From Haliotis rufescens (lineage: Eukaryota): a stretch of DNA of 64,000 nucleotides. The stretch covers positions 24,676,001-24,740,000 of the forward strand of contig NW_025963879.1 in the NCBI RefSeq assembly GCF_023055435.1, given 5' to 3'. The notes under the pieces were generated by a model, which was not told where the DNA came from, searched no databases, and saw only the letters and a program-made list of their open reading frames with translations. Below are positions 1-13,581 of this stretch, piece by piece (within the stretch, counting starts at the first letter, position 1; each line of letters begins with the position of its first letter). The position numbers and the translations under genes are program-made.

Positions 1-24
1 ACATCATCACTGCCTGGTAACAGA

Positions 25-669
25 CATCTTCCCGAGGCAAGGGAGTTACCATCTTCCCGAGGCAAGGGAGTTACCATCTTCCCGAGGCAAGGGAGTTACC
101 ATCTTCCCGAGGCAAGGGAGTTACCATCTTCCCGAGGCAAGGGAGTTACCTGACTATGAAAGTCCAGTTTCCACCCTTGCCGAACTAGGCTGGTATTATG
201 GAGTTACATTTTGGTTGGACTAACGAGTCTATGCATAGTCCAATCAAAATTGTGCAATGAATTCTAAATCCAGTTCGTAAACTGTTATGCAGATTTTGGT
301 CAATTGCAGGATTTGCAAAGCATGTGCACCACCAACTCATTGTCAACAGATATTTTCTAAATCTTTTCATGTTTTTAATTAAGGTGCTCACATGATTTGA
401 TGCACTTCGCAATGTAAGACCCATTTTATCACAATATAGATCTTGATTATCGATCAGATCATCTTGACTGGGCACCGCCATTTTGTCTGAAGCAAATGCA
501 AGTGATACGAGAGGTGGAATCTGATTGGTCCATAGGAGAGGCATAGAAAGGACATAACTGGTAATAGCCACTGGTGGCACTACGATCGAGCCCAGGAATT
601 CCAGCCTAGTTCGGCAAGGGTGGAAACTAGACTTTTAAAGTCAGTTAACTCTCTTGCCTCAGGAAGATG
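25..669 (+). mobile_element. MITE family E (about 70-bp TIR catcttcccgaggcaagggagtta...), with its terminal 25-mer amplified 5 times
   Basis: TIRs at both ends; flanks ggtaacaga/gttaacaga. Confidence 0.9.
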
Positions 670-1018
670 GTTAACAGATGAATCTGGACCAGACAATTTA
701 GTGCTTGGTGCGGAATACAAGCAGTTGAAAATATTTTCACTGGCTGTCATCAGTCTCCCACATCACCTATTGATGTCAGCGTTGAAGTTTAAATGTCTGA
801 TTTGTATGTTTGTTGTATCCGGCAGCAGACAAACAAGTGATTGATATTATGAGCATACAGTAGTGACATGATGACATATAATCAAAAAGTTACTGAGTCT
901 GTCAATCTGTACAGCAGGCCTATTGCTGTATCAGTTCTAACCCATAATCCTCATGGGCCAATAAAACAGTAAAACAGTCGAACCAGTACTCCACACAAGA
1001 TCAACGTCCCAGGGTTTA

Positions 1019-1153
<135 letters not shown>

Positions 1154-1405
1154 CTACACAGAACACACAGTGAAGGAACACAGACAACATCCACAACAAA
1201 ATCACAGTCCTGCATAAACTTCATGACCTACAAGCAGCCTGTCATCACTCCACACAACTGTGTGTTTTGTAAGCAATCACTGGCAGGACATGATAGAAAG
1301 CTGGTCATATTTTTTGTTTCACAATGTGAATGTTCACAAACACAGCCAATCATCAAAGTTTCAGAGCAAATATAAATTTTACTCAGCTCTTTGAATCTCA
1401 AATTG

Positions 1406-1755
1406 AGGTGAGGTGAAATTGGGTTTAACGTCACGTCCAAGATTATTGCACTTATATAGTGACATGCATGCATATGTATCTGTGTGTGTGGCTGCTTGTA
1501 CTAGTCCGGACTGATGCCGATTTACAGTCCTAGCTCACGGAGATACCATGCCGCAGTTCAACATGAATACCCCACTCAGACACAGTATACTGACTCAGAG
1601 CCGACCGGTCCTTGTTTTAGCCCCTTAATGCCGAGCGCCAGACAGGGTAACAAGTACCATCTTTTAACGTCTTTTGGTATAACGCCCACAGGGATCGAAC
1701 CCCGGACCTTCCGCGCTCCTGGTGGACTCTCTACCACTAGACCACGGAGGCGGTC
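1406..1755 (-). mobile_element. SINE B copy
   Basis: Full length; TSD atctcaaattga. Confidence 0.9.
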
Positions 1756-1917
1756 ATCTCAAATTGAATAATTTTTTATGAGAGTCTCTTGATTCTGCAT
1801 CATCCTGGATAAGACGCCTGTCTCTGATTCCAAACCCTGTTAATAGCAAGTGCTGCTCGACAGTCAGAGAGGTGTGACCCACCTCTCTCTGATAGTGTTG
1901 TCTGAAGACCTACTCAC

Positions 1918-1977
1918 AGTGAGGTTGATCTGTGTACCGCCCATGATGAAGTCGAGGAAGGAGTAATCCGTCAGTAT
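1918..1977 (-). CDS. CPNE3: Copine coding exon 9
   Basis: ILTDYSFLDFIMGGTQINLT; 60 nt, phase 0. Confidence 0.93.
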
Positions 1978-2084
1978 CTGAAACACAAGACAAGTGTCAG
2001 ACTGAAACATCTTCTCATGGGTGTTCATCATCATCTACAGTCTCATTTGTTTGTTGTTGGTTGTTTCAGCTTTAAGATGGCAAC

Positions 2085-2505
2085 ATGTAGGTAATCGTGT
2101 CTTAGTGCTACGACTGTCGTAAGTTAGTGTATAGAATGGGCGATCAAGTTAGCACTAAGATTGCTTAGTAGAATGAGGTCCAGGGCCCACTTGCACAAAG
2201 TGATCTTAGCGCTAGGATTGTTGTAAGTCAGTGTCACAGAATGGGTGTTATGATCAAGTTAGCACTAAGATCACTCAGTAGAATGAGGTCCAGGGCCCAC
2301 TTGCACAAAGCGATCATAGCGCTAGGATTGTTGTAAGTCAGTGTCACAGAATGGGTGTTATGATCAAGTTAGCACTAAGATTGCTTAGTAGAATGAGGTC
2401 CAGGGCCCACTTGCACAAAGTGATCATAGCGCTAGGATTGTTGTAAGTCAGTGTCACAGAATGGGTGTTACGATCAAGTTAGCACTAAGATCACTCAGTA
2501 GAACG
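2085..2505. repeat. About 120-bp tandem repeat (about 3.5 copies) derived from a MITE
   Basis: cagggcccacttgcacaaag...agaatgaggtc at 2181, 2291 and 2401 (period about 110-120 bp); related palindromic monomer at 16984-17098. Confidence 0.85.
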
Positions 2506-2620
2506 AGGAACGATTGATATTATGAATGTCACACACTGTCTGGGATAACACACCATCAACCAAGTCACTGAGTCTGACCACCAGACTGAATAAATCATCA
2601 ATGACGTCATAGAAATCCGG

Positions 2621-4955
2621 ACTACTGTGTCTCATACATATAGATGTTTGTTTGCATGACAACTGTGTCTCACCCATATAGATGTTTGTTTGTATGACTC
2701 CTGTGTCTCACCCATATAGATGTCTGTATAACTCCTGTGTCTGATTCATATAGATGTTTGTTTGTATGACTCCTGTGTCTCACCCATATAGATGTTTGTT
2801 TGTATGACTCCTGTGTCTCATACATATAGATGTTTATTAGTATGACTCCTGTGTCTCACCCATATAGATGTTTGTTAGTATGACTCCTGTGTCTCACCCA
2901 TATAGATGTTTGTTTGTATGACTCCTGTGTCTCACCCATATAGATGTTTGTTAGTATGACTCATGTGTCTCACCCATATAGATGTTTGTTAGTATGACTC
3001 CTGTGTCTCACCCATATAGTTGTTTGTATGACTCCTGTGTCTCACCCATATAGTTGTTTGTATGACTCCTGTGTCTCACCCATATAGATGTTTGTTTGTA
3101 TGACTCCTGTGTCTCACCCATATAGATGTTTGTTTGTATGACTCCTGTGTCTCACCCATATAGATGTTTGTATGACACCTATGTCTCACCTATATAGATG
3201 TTTGTATGACTCCTGTGTCTCACCCATATAGATGTTTGTTAGTATGACTCCTGTGTCTCATACATATAGATGTTTGTTTGTATGACTCCTGTGTCTCACC
3301 CATATAGATGTTTGTTTGTATGACTCCTGTGTCTCACCTATATAGATGTTTGTATGACTCCTGTGTCTCATCCATATAGATGTTTGTTAGTATGACTCCT
3401 GTGTCTCACCCATATAGATGTTTGTTTGTTTGTACGACTCCTGTGTCTCACCCATATAGATGTTTGTTTGTATAACTCCTGTGTCTCACCCATATAGATG
3501 TCTGTATAACTCCTGTGTCTGATTCATATAGATGTTTGTTTGTATGACTCCTGTGTCTCACCCATATAGATGTTTGTTAGTATGACTCATGTGTCTCACC
3601 CATATAGATGTTTGTTTGTATGACTCCTGTGTCTCACCCATATAGATGTTTGTTAGTATGACTCATGTGTCTCACCCATATAGATGTTTGTTAGTATGAC
3701 TCCTGTGTCTCACCCATATAGATGTTTGTTAGTATGACTCCTGTGTCTCACCCATATAGATGTTTGTTTGTATGACTCCTGGGTCTCACCCATATAGATG
3801 TTTGTTAGTATGACTCCTGTGTCTCACCCATATAGATGTTTGTTTGTATGACTCCTGGGTCTCACCCATATAGATGTTTGTTTGTATGACTCCTGTGTCT
3901 CACCCATATAGATGTTTGTTAGTATGACTCCTGTGTCTCACCCATATAGATGTTTATTTGTATGACTCCTGTGTCTCACCCATATAGATGTTTGTATGAC
4001 ACCTATGTCTCACCTATATAGATGTTTGTTAGTATGACTCATGTGTCTCACCCATATAGATGTTTGTTTGTATGACTACTGTGTCTCACCCATATAGATG
4101 TTTGTTAGTATGACTCCTGTGTCTCACCCATATAGATGTTTGTTTGTATGACTCCTGGGTCTCACCCATATAGATGTTTGTTAGTATGACTCCTGTGTCT
4201 CACCCATATAGATGTTTGTTTGTATGACTCCTGTGTCTCACCCATATAGATGTTTGTTAGTATGACTCCTGTGTCTCACCCATATAGATGTTTGTTTGTA
4301 TGACTACTGTGTCTCACCCATATAGATGTTTGTTAGTATGACTCCTGTGTCTCACCCATATAGATGTTTGTTTGTATGACTCCTGGGTCTCACCCATATA
4401 GATGTTTGTTTGTATGACTCCTGTGTCTCACCCATATAGATGTTTGTTAGTATGACTCCTGTGTCTCACCCATATAGATGTTTGTTTGTATGACTCCTGT
4501 GTCTCACCCATATAGATGTTTGTTTGTATGACTACTGTGTCTCACCCATATAGATGTTTGTTAGTATGACTCCTGTGTCTCACCCATATAGATGTTTGTT
4601 TGTATGACTCCTGGGTCTCACCCATATAGATGTTTGTTTGTATGACTCCTGTGTCTCACCCATATAGATGTTTGTTAGTATGACTCCTGTGTCTCACCCA
4701 TATAGATGTTTGTTTGTATGACTCCTGTGTCTCACCCATATAGATGTTTGTTTGTATGACTACTGTGTCTCACCCATATAGATGTTTGTTAGTATGACTC
4801 CTGTGTCTCACCCATATAGATGTTTGTTTGTATGACTCCTGTCTCACCCATATAGATGTTTGTTAGTATGACTCCTGTGTCTCACCCATATAGATGTTTG
4901 TATGACTACTGTGTCTCACCCATATAGATGTTTGTATGACTCCTGTGTCTCACCC
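2621..4955. repeat. 38-bp minisatellite (about 60 copies) in copine intron 8
   Basis: Unit ctcctgtgtctcacccatatagatgtttg(t/a variants)tatga; 34-38 bp variants. Confidence 0.98.
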
Positions 4956-5040
4956 GTATCGATGACAGCAGCACGATGCCCGAGTTGGTGTAATTCTTCT
5001 TCTTGGCCTTCTTCTTTGGGTTGATGCACGGCCATGACGT
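4954..5040 (-). CDS. CPNE3: Copine coding exon 8
   Basis: TSWPCINPKKKAKKKNYTNSGIVLLSSIR; 87 nt; INPKK...KKKNY.NSG copine motif; donor CGG|GTGAGA. Confidence 0.93.
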
Positions 5041-5341
5041 CTGTCAACACACACAAATAACAGTACAAATACATACTGGCCAGTACTCCTTGAGGTCCCT
5101 CAATGAAGGTGAAAGTACATAAGTCAATACACTTTGAGGCCCCTCAATGAATGTGTAAGTACATCAGTCAATACACCTTGAGGTCCCTCAATGAAAGTGT
5201 AGGTACATGTTGTAATACCGCTGAAAACAATCATATATTCCTGTTTTTAAACAAGAGACGCAATCAATTGAGATAAATACATCTTCACTCTAAATTACTT
5301 TGTTTTCTCCATTAAATGTTTTGGCAGTCTCATGTGAAAGT

Positions 5342-6309
5342 CATTTTCCTGAGGCAAGGGAGTTAACTGACTTTAAAAGGTAAGTTTCCACTCTTGCTGA
5401 ATAGGCTGGAATTTCTGGGCTTGATCGTAGCGCCACCAGTGACTATTACGAGTTATGTCCCTTCTGTGCCCCTCTTTTTAATCAGATCTATTTTGTAATA
5501 AAATGGGTCTTTAATCGCAAAGTGCATCACATCATGTGAGCATCTTGAATTAAAACATGAAAAGATTTGGCAAATATCTGTTGACGCCCAGTTGACAGTA
5601 CACATCTTATGCAAATCCTGCAGTCTCACAATATCTGCACATTGAAATCCATATTGTTTACAAACCGGTTGTCGATTTCAATAAGCGATTTTTATAGGAC
5701 TATGCAAAGACTCTATAGTCCAGCCAAAATATAACTGCATAATTGCAGCCTAGTTTGGCAAGGGCATCTTCCCGAGGCAGGGGAGTTAACTGACTATAAA
5801 AGTCCAGTTTCCATCCATGCCGAACTAGACTGGGATTATGGAGTTACATTTTGGCTGGACCAACGTGTCTATGCATAGTCCAATCAAAATTGCGCAACAA
5901 AATCGAAATCCAGTTCGTAAACTGTTATGTAGATTTTGGTCGATTGCAGGATCTGCAAAGCATTCATGCCGTCAACTCAGCATCAACAGATATTTTCCAA
6001 ATCTTTTCATGTTTTTAATCAAGGTGTAGGCGTGATTTGATGCACCTCACGATGAAAGAACTGTTTTATTAAAATATAGGTCCTGATTATCGGTCAGATT
6101 GTCTTGACTGTGCGCCGCCATTTTGCTTGAAGCAAAAGCACGTGATATGAGAGGTTGAATCTTATTGACCAATAGGAGGGACATAGAAGGGCTGTGACTT
6201 GTAGAAGCCACTGGTGGCACTATGATCGAGCCCACAAATCCGTCCCTAGTTTGGCAAAGTAGAAGACTTTACTTTAATAGTCAGTTAACTCCCTTGCCTC
6301 GTGAAGATG
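5342..6309. mobile_element. Two abutting MITE-E copies in opposite orientation (5342-5764 and 5765-6309)
   Basis: Homology to 25-669; the first copy is truncated within its TIR. Confidence 0.85.
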
Positions 6310-6362
6310 AGTGGCTGCAGGATGATATTTCACTCATCGTTTGTCAGGGTGATAAGCCTTAC

Positions 6363-6458
6363 CTCTTGTTTCTGAGCTTTCAACAGGTCATTGAGGGAGG
6401 TGGTGAATCCCCCGATCAGGTCATGTGATCCGTCACTGTCCCAGTCATACACGTCAAT
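6363..6458 (-). CDS. CPNE3: Copine coding exon 7 (C2B)
   Basis: [32 protein letters not shown]; 96 nt; [13 protein letters not shown] copine motif. Confidence 0.95.
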
Positions 6459-6915
6459 CTGCAACATCGCGTGAGAGTATCATACACCAGACGACAGTGA
6501 ACGTTTAGTCCTGCAGTCAGCCATTTCACAGCTATACCTGGAGAAAATCATGTCCGGGTCTGGCATGACCAGGGATGTCCCTGGCGTGATGACACACAAT
6601 CTGCCTGCTGACCACTGCATCCATCACGGACAGCTCTTCCAAGGAGTGCTTCAGACCTATCTAGACTAAGAATCGCTCGTCACGCCGAAGACCCGGGTTC
6701 CATTCCCGACATGGGTACAATGTGTGATGCCCATTTCTGGTGTCCCCCCGCCGTGATATTGCTGGAATATTGCTAAAAGCGGCGTAAAACCATACTCACA
6801 CACTCACTCCAGAATAAGAATCCCTCTGGGGAGTTTCAACAGCATTCACAATTTAACAAACTAAAGTTGTGATACAAGTTTTTATGTTGTAGATATGTCA
6901 AAGGAGTGACAATAG

Positions 6916-7409
6916 CAGAGCTCCAGATAAGCTGCGTATCTGCGTAAAATATGCATCAGAAATGCAGAATTACAAGGTAAAATAAAATCCAAGCATATCA
7001 AATACGCAACTAACATTACAGATACGCTACAAAAATAAAACTTGTGCGTATCATCAAAATATTGTGAAGTAACCCCGCGTATTTGATTAGCAAATCAGCA
7101 ACTTATTTTGAAATTATAAACAGGCATTCCGTCAACCTTGCCAAACTTCACGATGACAGTTACATCATGATCATTTGCCATCACAAGTATCGTGGTATGT
7201 TTGAGTCCTATCAAGCTCTCGAACCCACACGACACCAGTTTGCAGGGACCAGATGAATAGTGTTTTTTAATATTTAACCTAAATACCCACATGTGTAAAA
7301 ACTAGTGGGTAACAGAAATTTGAATACCCAGATAGAATTACTGATACCCAATGATTTTAAAATGCATGGGTAAAATACCCACAACACCAAACGCTTATCT
7401 GGAGCTCTG
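6916..7409. mobile_element. MITE with TIR cagagctccagataag
   Basis: 16-bp perfect TIR; aatag on both sides. Confidence 0.8.
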
Positions 7410-7516
7410 AATAGACTACCCTGGCGCCTTATTTTGCCGTTACTTCTAACAACCATGCGATCTTAGAATCATGTTACTTCAGCTCTCAGTTCAAATAAGG
7501 TAGTATCCATGGTTAC

Positions 7517-7606
7517 CTTGAGTTCCCGGTCTCGGTCTCCGCCACACAGAGAGTACACCGACACAGTGAACTGCCTCCAGTTGGGGTTCAATGTGTTCTT
7601 CACGAC
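7517..7606 (-). CDS. CPNE3: Copine coding exon 6 (C2B)
   Basis: VVKNTLNPNWRQFTVSVYSLCGGDRDRELK; 90 nt, phase 0. Confidence 0.95.
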
Positions 7607-8086
7607 CTGCAAACATCAGTTGTATAATATCTGCCACAGGGACATCGAAGAGGGAATACCTTTGCCCAATAACTGTTCACAGGTAATTCAGACCACCTTT
7701 TCACAGATCACAGGTAATTTTTCAACCAATTTCACAATCACTTTTATTATCGAGTAAATTAGTTTATATTTCATAGAGATAAGGAATAATCCATTCTTAC
7801 TTATCAATCTGATAGTGACTTAAACCAAAAGATTATCAAGTTTATGTTATTGTATGTATAAACTTGGACTGCATCTCATATCATTGTACCATATAACATC
7901 GTGACAACTTGTCAGGACCATCGTGGGTGTTTCTTGATGTTTTTAGACAACCGTCCCCAAAATTTACTACATGGTATAGTAAAGAGGTATTCCCTACCTG
8001 CATGGAAGCAATCAGTGTTAATTCTAATAGGTAAGATTTGACTTCAATATATTTTGTGTTTATGGCGGTATACATAGAAGTTATCA

Positions 8087-8545
8087 TGCGAGTGTGTATT
8101 GGGATGGTAAATATCCTGTATTAGGAATAAACACTAAGTATTAGGCTTACCATTGGGGATGGTAAATATCCTGTATTAGGAATAAAGGAATATTAGGAAA
8201 TAAGCGAGACTTGGCAAGCTAAATAAATAGTGTTTATTCCTAATACAATATTTACCATCCCCAATGGTAAGCTAAATACATAGTGTTTATTCCTAATACA
8301 GAATATTCACCATCCCCAATGGTAAGCTAAATACATAGTGTTTATTCCTAATGCAATATTTACCATCCCCAATGGTAAGCTAAATACATAGTGTTTATTC
8401 CTAATACAGAATATTCACCATCCCCAATGGTAAGCTAAATACATAGTGTTTATTCCTAATACAATATTTACCATCCCAAATGGTATGCTAAATACATAGT
8501 GTTTATTCCTAATACAGAATATTTACCATCCCAAACACACAAGCG
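8087..8545. repeat. About 60-bp unit in a tandem plus inverted arrangement (likely internal part of a non-autonomous DNA element)
   Basis: Two copies of gggatggtaaatatcctgtattaggaataaa followed by about 5 reverse-complement copies. Confidence 0.8.
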
Positions 8546-8796
8546 AGATAACCTCTTTATCATATAATGTCAACTCCCTTCCCATCTCATTACCTAAACA
8601 CTGCAAGTTTCCTGGAATGTGCGCATTTTATATATTACGTCAGAAGGTAAGTGATGTGTCAGTCGGACAGTGACAACAGTCAATATAGTTTCTTATGCAG
8701 TGGCATAACTAAATGTAGGCAAAACAACAACTGCCTCACAAATTGTTTCTACGTAACATTTCTTGTGTACCAGTAATTGGCTGACATTCCAGTACT

Positions 8797-9240
<444 letters not shown>

Positions 9241-9394
9241 CTAAACAAACAAAAATCAACACTTTCAAGAACCACAAGTATAGCAACAGTTTCTAACAAG
9301 TTGAAAACATATCAACAACAGTTAAAAACTAATCTGTGCTTTAATGACCTACTACAAACTGCAGCTGTTTTATTCCAAAATTTATTAAACTAAC

Positions 9395-9475
9395 CTTGTT
9401 GTCGAGTTTGGAGGCTTTGAAGTCAAAAATGACTGATTCCTTGTCCGAACCAGCCTTCATTTCCTCCGACTTCAC
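9395..9475 (-). CDS. CPNE3: Copine coding exon 4 (start of C2B)
   Basis: VKSEEMKAGSDKESVIFDFKASKLDNK; 81 nt, phase 0. Confidence 0.9.
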
Positions 9476-9639
9476 CTGGGAACAAACATACAACAACATC
9501 AGGTCCTGGTAACCATAGCAACACTCAGGCCCTGATAATTAACTAAAAACATGTTTGGAAGTACTTGGCCTTTCATAGAATTCCCTTAAACTCATTTCCA
9601 GTGTGATGACACCATTACATTCAACATGCCTGCTAGTAG

Positions 9640-10184
9640 CATCTTCTTGAGGCAAAGGAGTTAACTGACTTTAAAAGCCCAGTTTCCACCCTTGCCGAAC
9701 TAGGCTGGAATTACTGGGCTCAATCGTAGCGCCACCAGTGGCTATTACCAGTTTTGTCCCTTCTAAGCCTCTCCTATGGACCAATCAAATTCCACCTCTC
9801 GTATCACTTGCGTTTGCTCCAAACAAAATGGTGGCGCCCCGTCAGGTCGATCTGATTGATAATCAAGATATATATTGTGATAAAACGGGTCTTACATCGC
9901 AAAATGCATCAAATCACGCGAGCACCTTGATTAAAAACGTGAAAAGATTTGGAAAATATCTGCTGACAATGAGTTGGCGGTGCACATGTTTTGCAAATCC
10001 TGCAATCGACCGAAATCTGCACGACAGTTAACGAACTGGATTTCGATTTCGGTGCGCGATTTTGATTGGACTATGCATAGATTCGTTAGTCCAGCCAAAA
10101 TGTAAGTCCATAATACCAGCCTAGTTCGGCAAGGGTGGACACTGGACTTTTATAGTCAGTTAACTCTCTTGCCTCGGGAAGATG
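9640..10184 (-). mobile_element. MITE-E copy
   Basis: Full TIRs; exact 8-bp TSD gctagtag. Confidence 0.92.
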
Positions 10185-10249
10185 GCTAGTAGTGCTACAG
10201 CCTCACACCAGATAAAGAGCCTTGTCTCCAACTAACATTATAATGAATG

Positions 10250-10652
10250 TAGGGCTGGGACGGGTAACTCGGGTTGGGTGGGCACTGAGTAGGACCAGGG
10301 TACCCACAGGACTACCCGGACCCGTGGTTAGTCACGTGATATCTTGTTTAATGACAAAAAGTATCTAAAACTCTATGTTTAGACTACAAGTCACTAATGT
10401 TTGCAGTTCTTCCTGACTACTACGCCCATTCCTTCTGACTTTTATATGTTTTTGAATAAAAATACAACTTCAGTATAAACACCAGATCGTTTCATACATG
10501 TATCTAAACACATTTAACCAGAGCTACGGTCAAACTCTTCCCCATTGGACAGTTTGTACCTACCTCTTGAGACCCACAGCGGGTACCCGGGTAGGGTCGG
10601 GTAATAGTGGGGTGGGTACCCAGGTAGTAAATTTGGACTTGTCCCAGCCCCA
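10250..10652. mobile_element. hAT-type MITE (tagggctggg TIR)
   Basis: 8-bp TSD aatgaatg. Confidence 0.88.
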
Positions 10653-11021
10653 AATGAATGGCATTCCTCTGTAATGACAACTCTTAAGACAAACGACATT
10701 TCTTGTATGGGAAACTGGGTTTGAAATTCCTTGTTTTAAAGTGCCAATGACATGCTGAAATTCATAAAAGTACAGCTACAATTAGGTTCCGGTGTCTTAA
10801 TGACATTTTGTCAAATATATATAATTTGACAAAGTTACTTTCACAAGTTAACAGAAGTTCAAATAACAGTCTTGTCCATGTTGTACGCTAACCATATAAT
10901 AGTAAATATTTGGGCTGGGACGATACACCAACTGTGCAATCCGATAGAATCACGATACCTTATTCACGATTCGATACGTATCACGATACATGTATGTGCT
11001 CTTATCTGTTGTCCCTAAGCA

Positions 11022-11271
11022 ATATCAGTCAGTCAGTCAGTCAGTCAGTCAGTCAGTCAGTCAGTCAGTTAGTCAGGATATCAGTCAGGATATCAGTTAG
11101 TCAGGATATCAGTCAGGATATCAGTCAGTCAGGATATCAGTCAAGATATCAGTCAGGATATCAGTCAGTCAGTCAGGATATCAGTCAGTCAGGATGTCAG
11201 TCAGGATATCAGTCAGTCAGTCAGTCAGTCAGTCAGTCAGTCAGGATATCAGTCAGGATATCAGTCAGTCA
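11022..11271. repeat. Compound microsatellite (CAGT)n/(CAGTCAGGATAT)n
   Basis: Direct reading. Confidence 0.95.
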
Positions 11272-11388
11272 GAAATAGGCTTCACACATTGTACCCATGT
11301 GGGGAATTGAACCTGGGTCTTCAGCATGACAAGCAAACGTTTTAAGAACTAGGCTACCCCACCGCCCCATACCTAGGAGGAGACTTAC

Positions 11389-11463
11389 TGTGATGGCACT
11401 ATTCCCCATCTTGCCTCCCTTCTTGTCCAGCAGTGCCGTGATGTAGGGGGTCTGGGACACCAG
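11389..11463 (-). CDS. CPNE3: Copine coding exon 3
   Basis: LVSQTPYITALLDKKGGKMGNSAIT; 75 nt, tttcag|...|gtaagt, phase 0. Confidence 0.9.
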
Positions 11464-11637
11464 CTGAAACAGTGGGTGAGTGAGTTCATAGACTTCAACA
11501 ATATTCCACCAATACACACCATGGCAGTGGTGACCTCCCCTCTCATTATTTAACAGTGCTCTGTGTATCAAATTGGAGATCAAAAACCGATGTTTGTTTG
11601 TCATTGTTTAAAGCCTCACTGAGCAATATTCCAGCTA

Positions 11638-11970
11638 CCGTATTCGACGTAATAAGCGCCCCGCTCTAATAAGCGCCCACGGCGATATTTGCTAATATAT
11701 TGGCTAGTGAACAATCCCAATCAGCACCCCTTGCGATTGATCAATGTACACAAGACTTATCTATTCGTGTATAATACGCACTTGTGTGTTATATCACCCT
11801 TAATTATGGGCAATTAAATTCTCGAAAAATATATCTGTCGTATGTAAACATTTCAGGTTGTTAGCATAAACCACGAAATTTACGATCTTTCAACTCAAAA
11901 TAATATTCTAATAAGCGCCCCCTGTTTCTAATTTTGAGAGCGCCCTGAGCGCTTATTACGTTGAATACGG
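11638..11970. mobile_element. Tc1/mariner-type MITE F inside SINE D
   Basis: TIR ccgtattcgacgtaataagcgc; TA TSD. Confidence 0.88.
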
Positions 11971-12751
11971 TATATGATGGCGGTCTGTGAATAATCAAGT
12001 CACCAGACAATCCAGTGATTGACATCATGAGCATCGATCTACGCAACTGGGATACGATGACATGCATCAACCAAGTCACGGAGCCTGACCACCCGATCCC
12101 ATTACTCACATGACAAGCATAGTCACCTCTTACAGCAAGCATGGGTTTTAAAGACCTATTCTAACCCAGATCTTCACGGGTGACTAGCCAAGGCATTAAC
12201 CTGGTAGAACTCAGTCTGATATACACACTGCTTGCCTTTTCCATATCTTCCTGTCATCAAAATTAACTGAATTAATCTAAAAACTGACGGAAACATAGCC
12301 CTAAAGTTATTGTTGTCAGACATATCCACTTTTTATCATATCTACTTGTGTCCTTATGACCTTGTCAGTGTTTCCAGCTATCCACTCTACATGGAGACAA
12401 AATTTAACTACATATGTAACTGAAAGTGAATAGTACTCGCTGTTGCTTCAAGAATCAAGAGTGAGCGAGAGAGTATGATTTTAACGCCGCTTTTAGCAAT
12501 ATTCCAGCAATTTCACGGTAGAGGACATCAGAAATGGGCTTCACACATTGTACCCATGTCGGGAATCGAACCCGGGTCTTCGACGTGTAGGCTACCCCAC
12601 AGCCCCTTGCTGTTACTTCAAGAAACAAGAAAAAAAGCATTTCAGTTTAAAGGTTAAATAACAGCAATCATTGGCGACTCAGCTTGGTTACATATAAATG
12701 ATTAATATTCGGACAAATTTTCTAACTCAACTAATGTTGAATAATCTTTAC

Positions 12752-12931
12752 CTGGCCCAGCGTACACTCAATCTGGCCCAAGAAGTCATCATCTTCAAGG
12801 GTATGGGACTTGTTGTCAACATCGTACACAGCGACCTTCACCTTCTGTACTTGCTCGAAGTAGTAGTCGACCTTCAAGGGGGTGACAAACACTGGATCCA
12901 AGCAGTTCTGCACATTCTCCGTTCTCGCCAG
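12752..12931 (-). CDS. CPNE3: Copine coding exon 2 (C2A)
   Basis: LARTENVQNCLDPVF...YYFEQVQK...YDVD...DDDFLGQIECTLGQ; 180 nt, AG/GT bounded, phase 0. Confidence 0.95.
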
Positions 12932-13419
12932 CTGTAAGTAAATACCATTATTGAAGTCTTTAACACTGAAGCTTTTTTTAAGAATTAACTTTTTAATAGT
13001 TAGGCAGCTATATCAGTTTTTATCACCTAATACACTGCATCTGGACTCATATGTACTTTTTCTGGCCCTATAGTGAGTGTGTGAGTTAATATTTAACGTC
13101 ACATCGGCAATATTTCAGCCATATTGTGACGATGTTCCCCATAGACGTACATGGGCAACAAAAATAAACGCGATGGCCGAACAATCACATCCAAAAGTGG
13201 GAGAGATCTGACAGTTAGCATTTGGGGAAAGAGGTACAGGTAATCAAAGAGAGGACTGCGGGAAATACCCACCTGTGCACGAAATGGACTTTTCCAACAT
13301 TGCTGAGGTGGGACTCTACTGAATTAGTCCTCATTATTAAAATACGGGCAAAACATATAAGAAATAAACAACTCTCACTTGTCGATTATTTCTTAACCAA
13401 CCAAACAAAGAAGAGTTAC

Positions 13420-13581
13420 CTCCCTCCACTGGCCGCCAGCCTGCATGAACATCACAGCACAGGGGTCCGACTTGGACATGACGTCCTTATTCTTCAGGTT
13501 CTTACATTCCACTCTCAGCTCCACCTTGGTGACACACTGAGCTGCGGTGCTGCCACCTACTGGTGGATACTGGCCAGCCAT
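13420..13581 (-). CDS. CPNE3: Copine (CPNE3-like) coding exon 1, start of C2A domain
   Basis: [54 protein letters not shown] (54 codons). AAQCVTKV...KSDP resembles the copine-3 N-terminus. GAG|GTAA donor; an acceptor just above 13595 implies an upstream non-coding exon. Confidence 0.93.

Noticed and set aside
25-149. CRISPR-like direct repeats (also the 27-, 29- and 38-bp arrays)
   Set aside because: The repeats are contiguous with no unique spacers, there are no cas genes, and the context is eukaryotic and spliced.
185-580. Recurrent similar ORFs at 185-580, 5838-6235 and 9738-10031
   Set aside because: Chance ORFs in MITE-E copies; the frames are not conserved between copies.
10910-11278. 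122-aa SQSV-rich ORF (likewise 54347-54703, MVWYG repeats)
   Set aside because: Translations of microsatellites.
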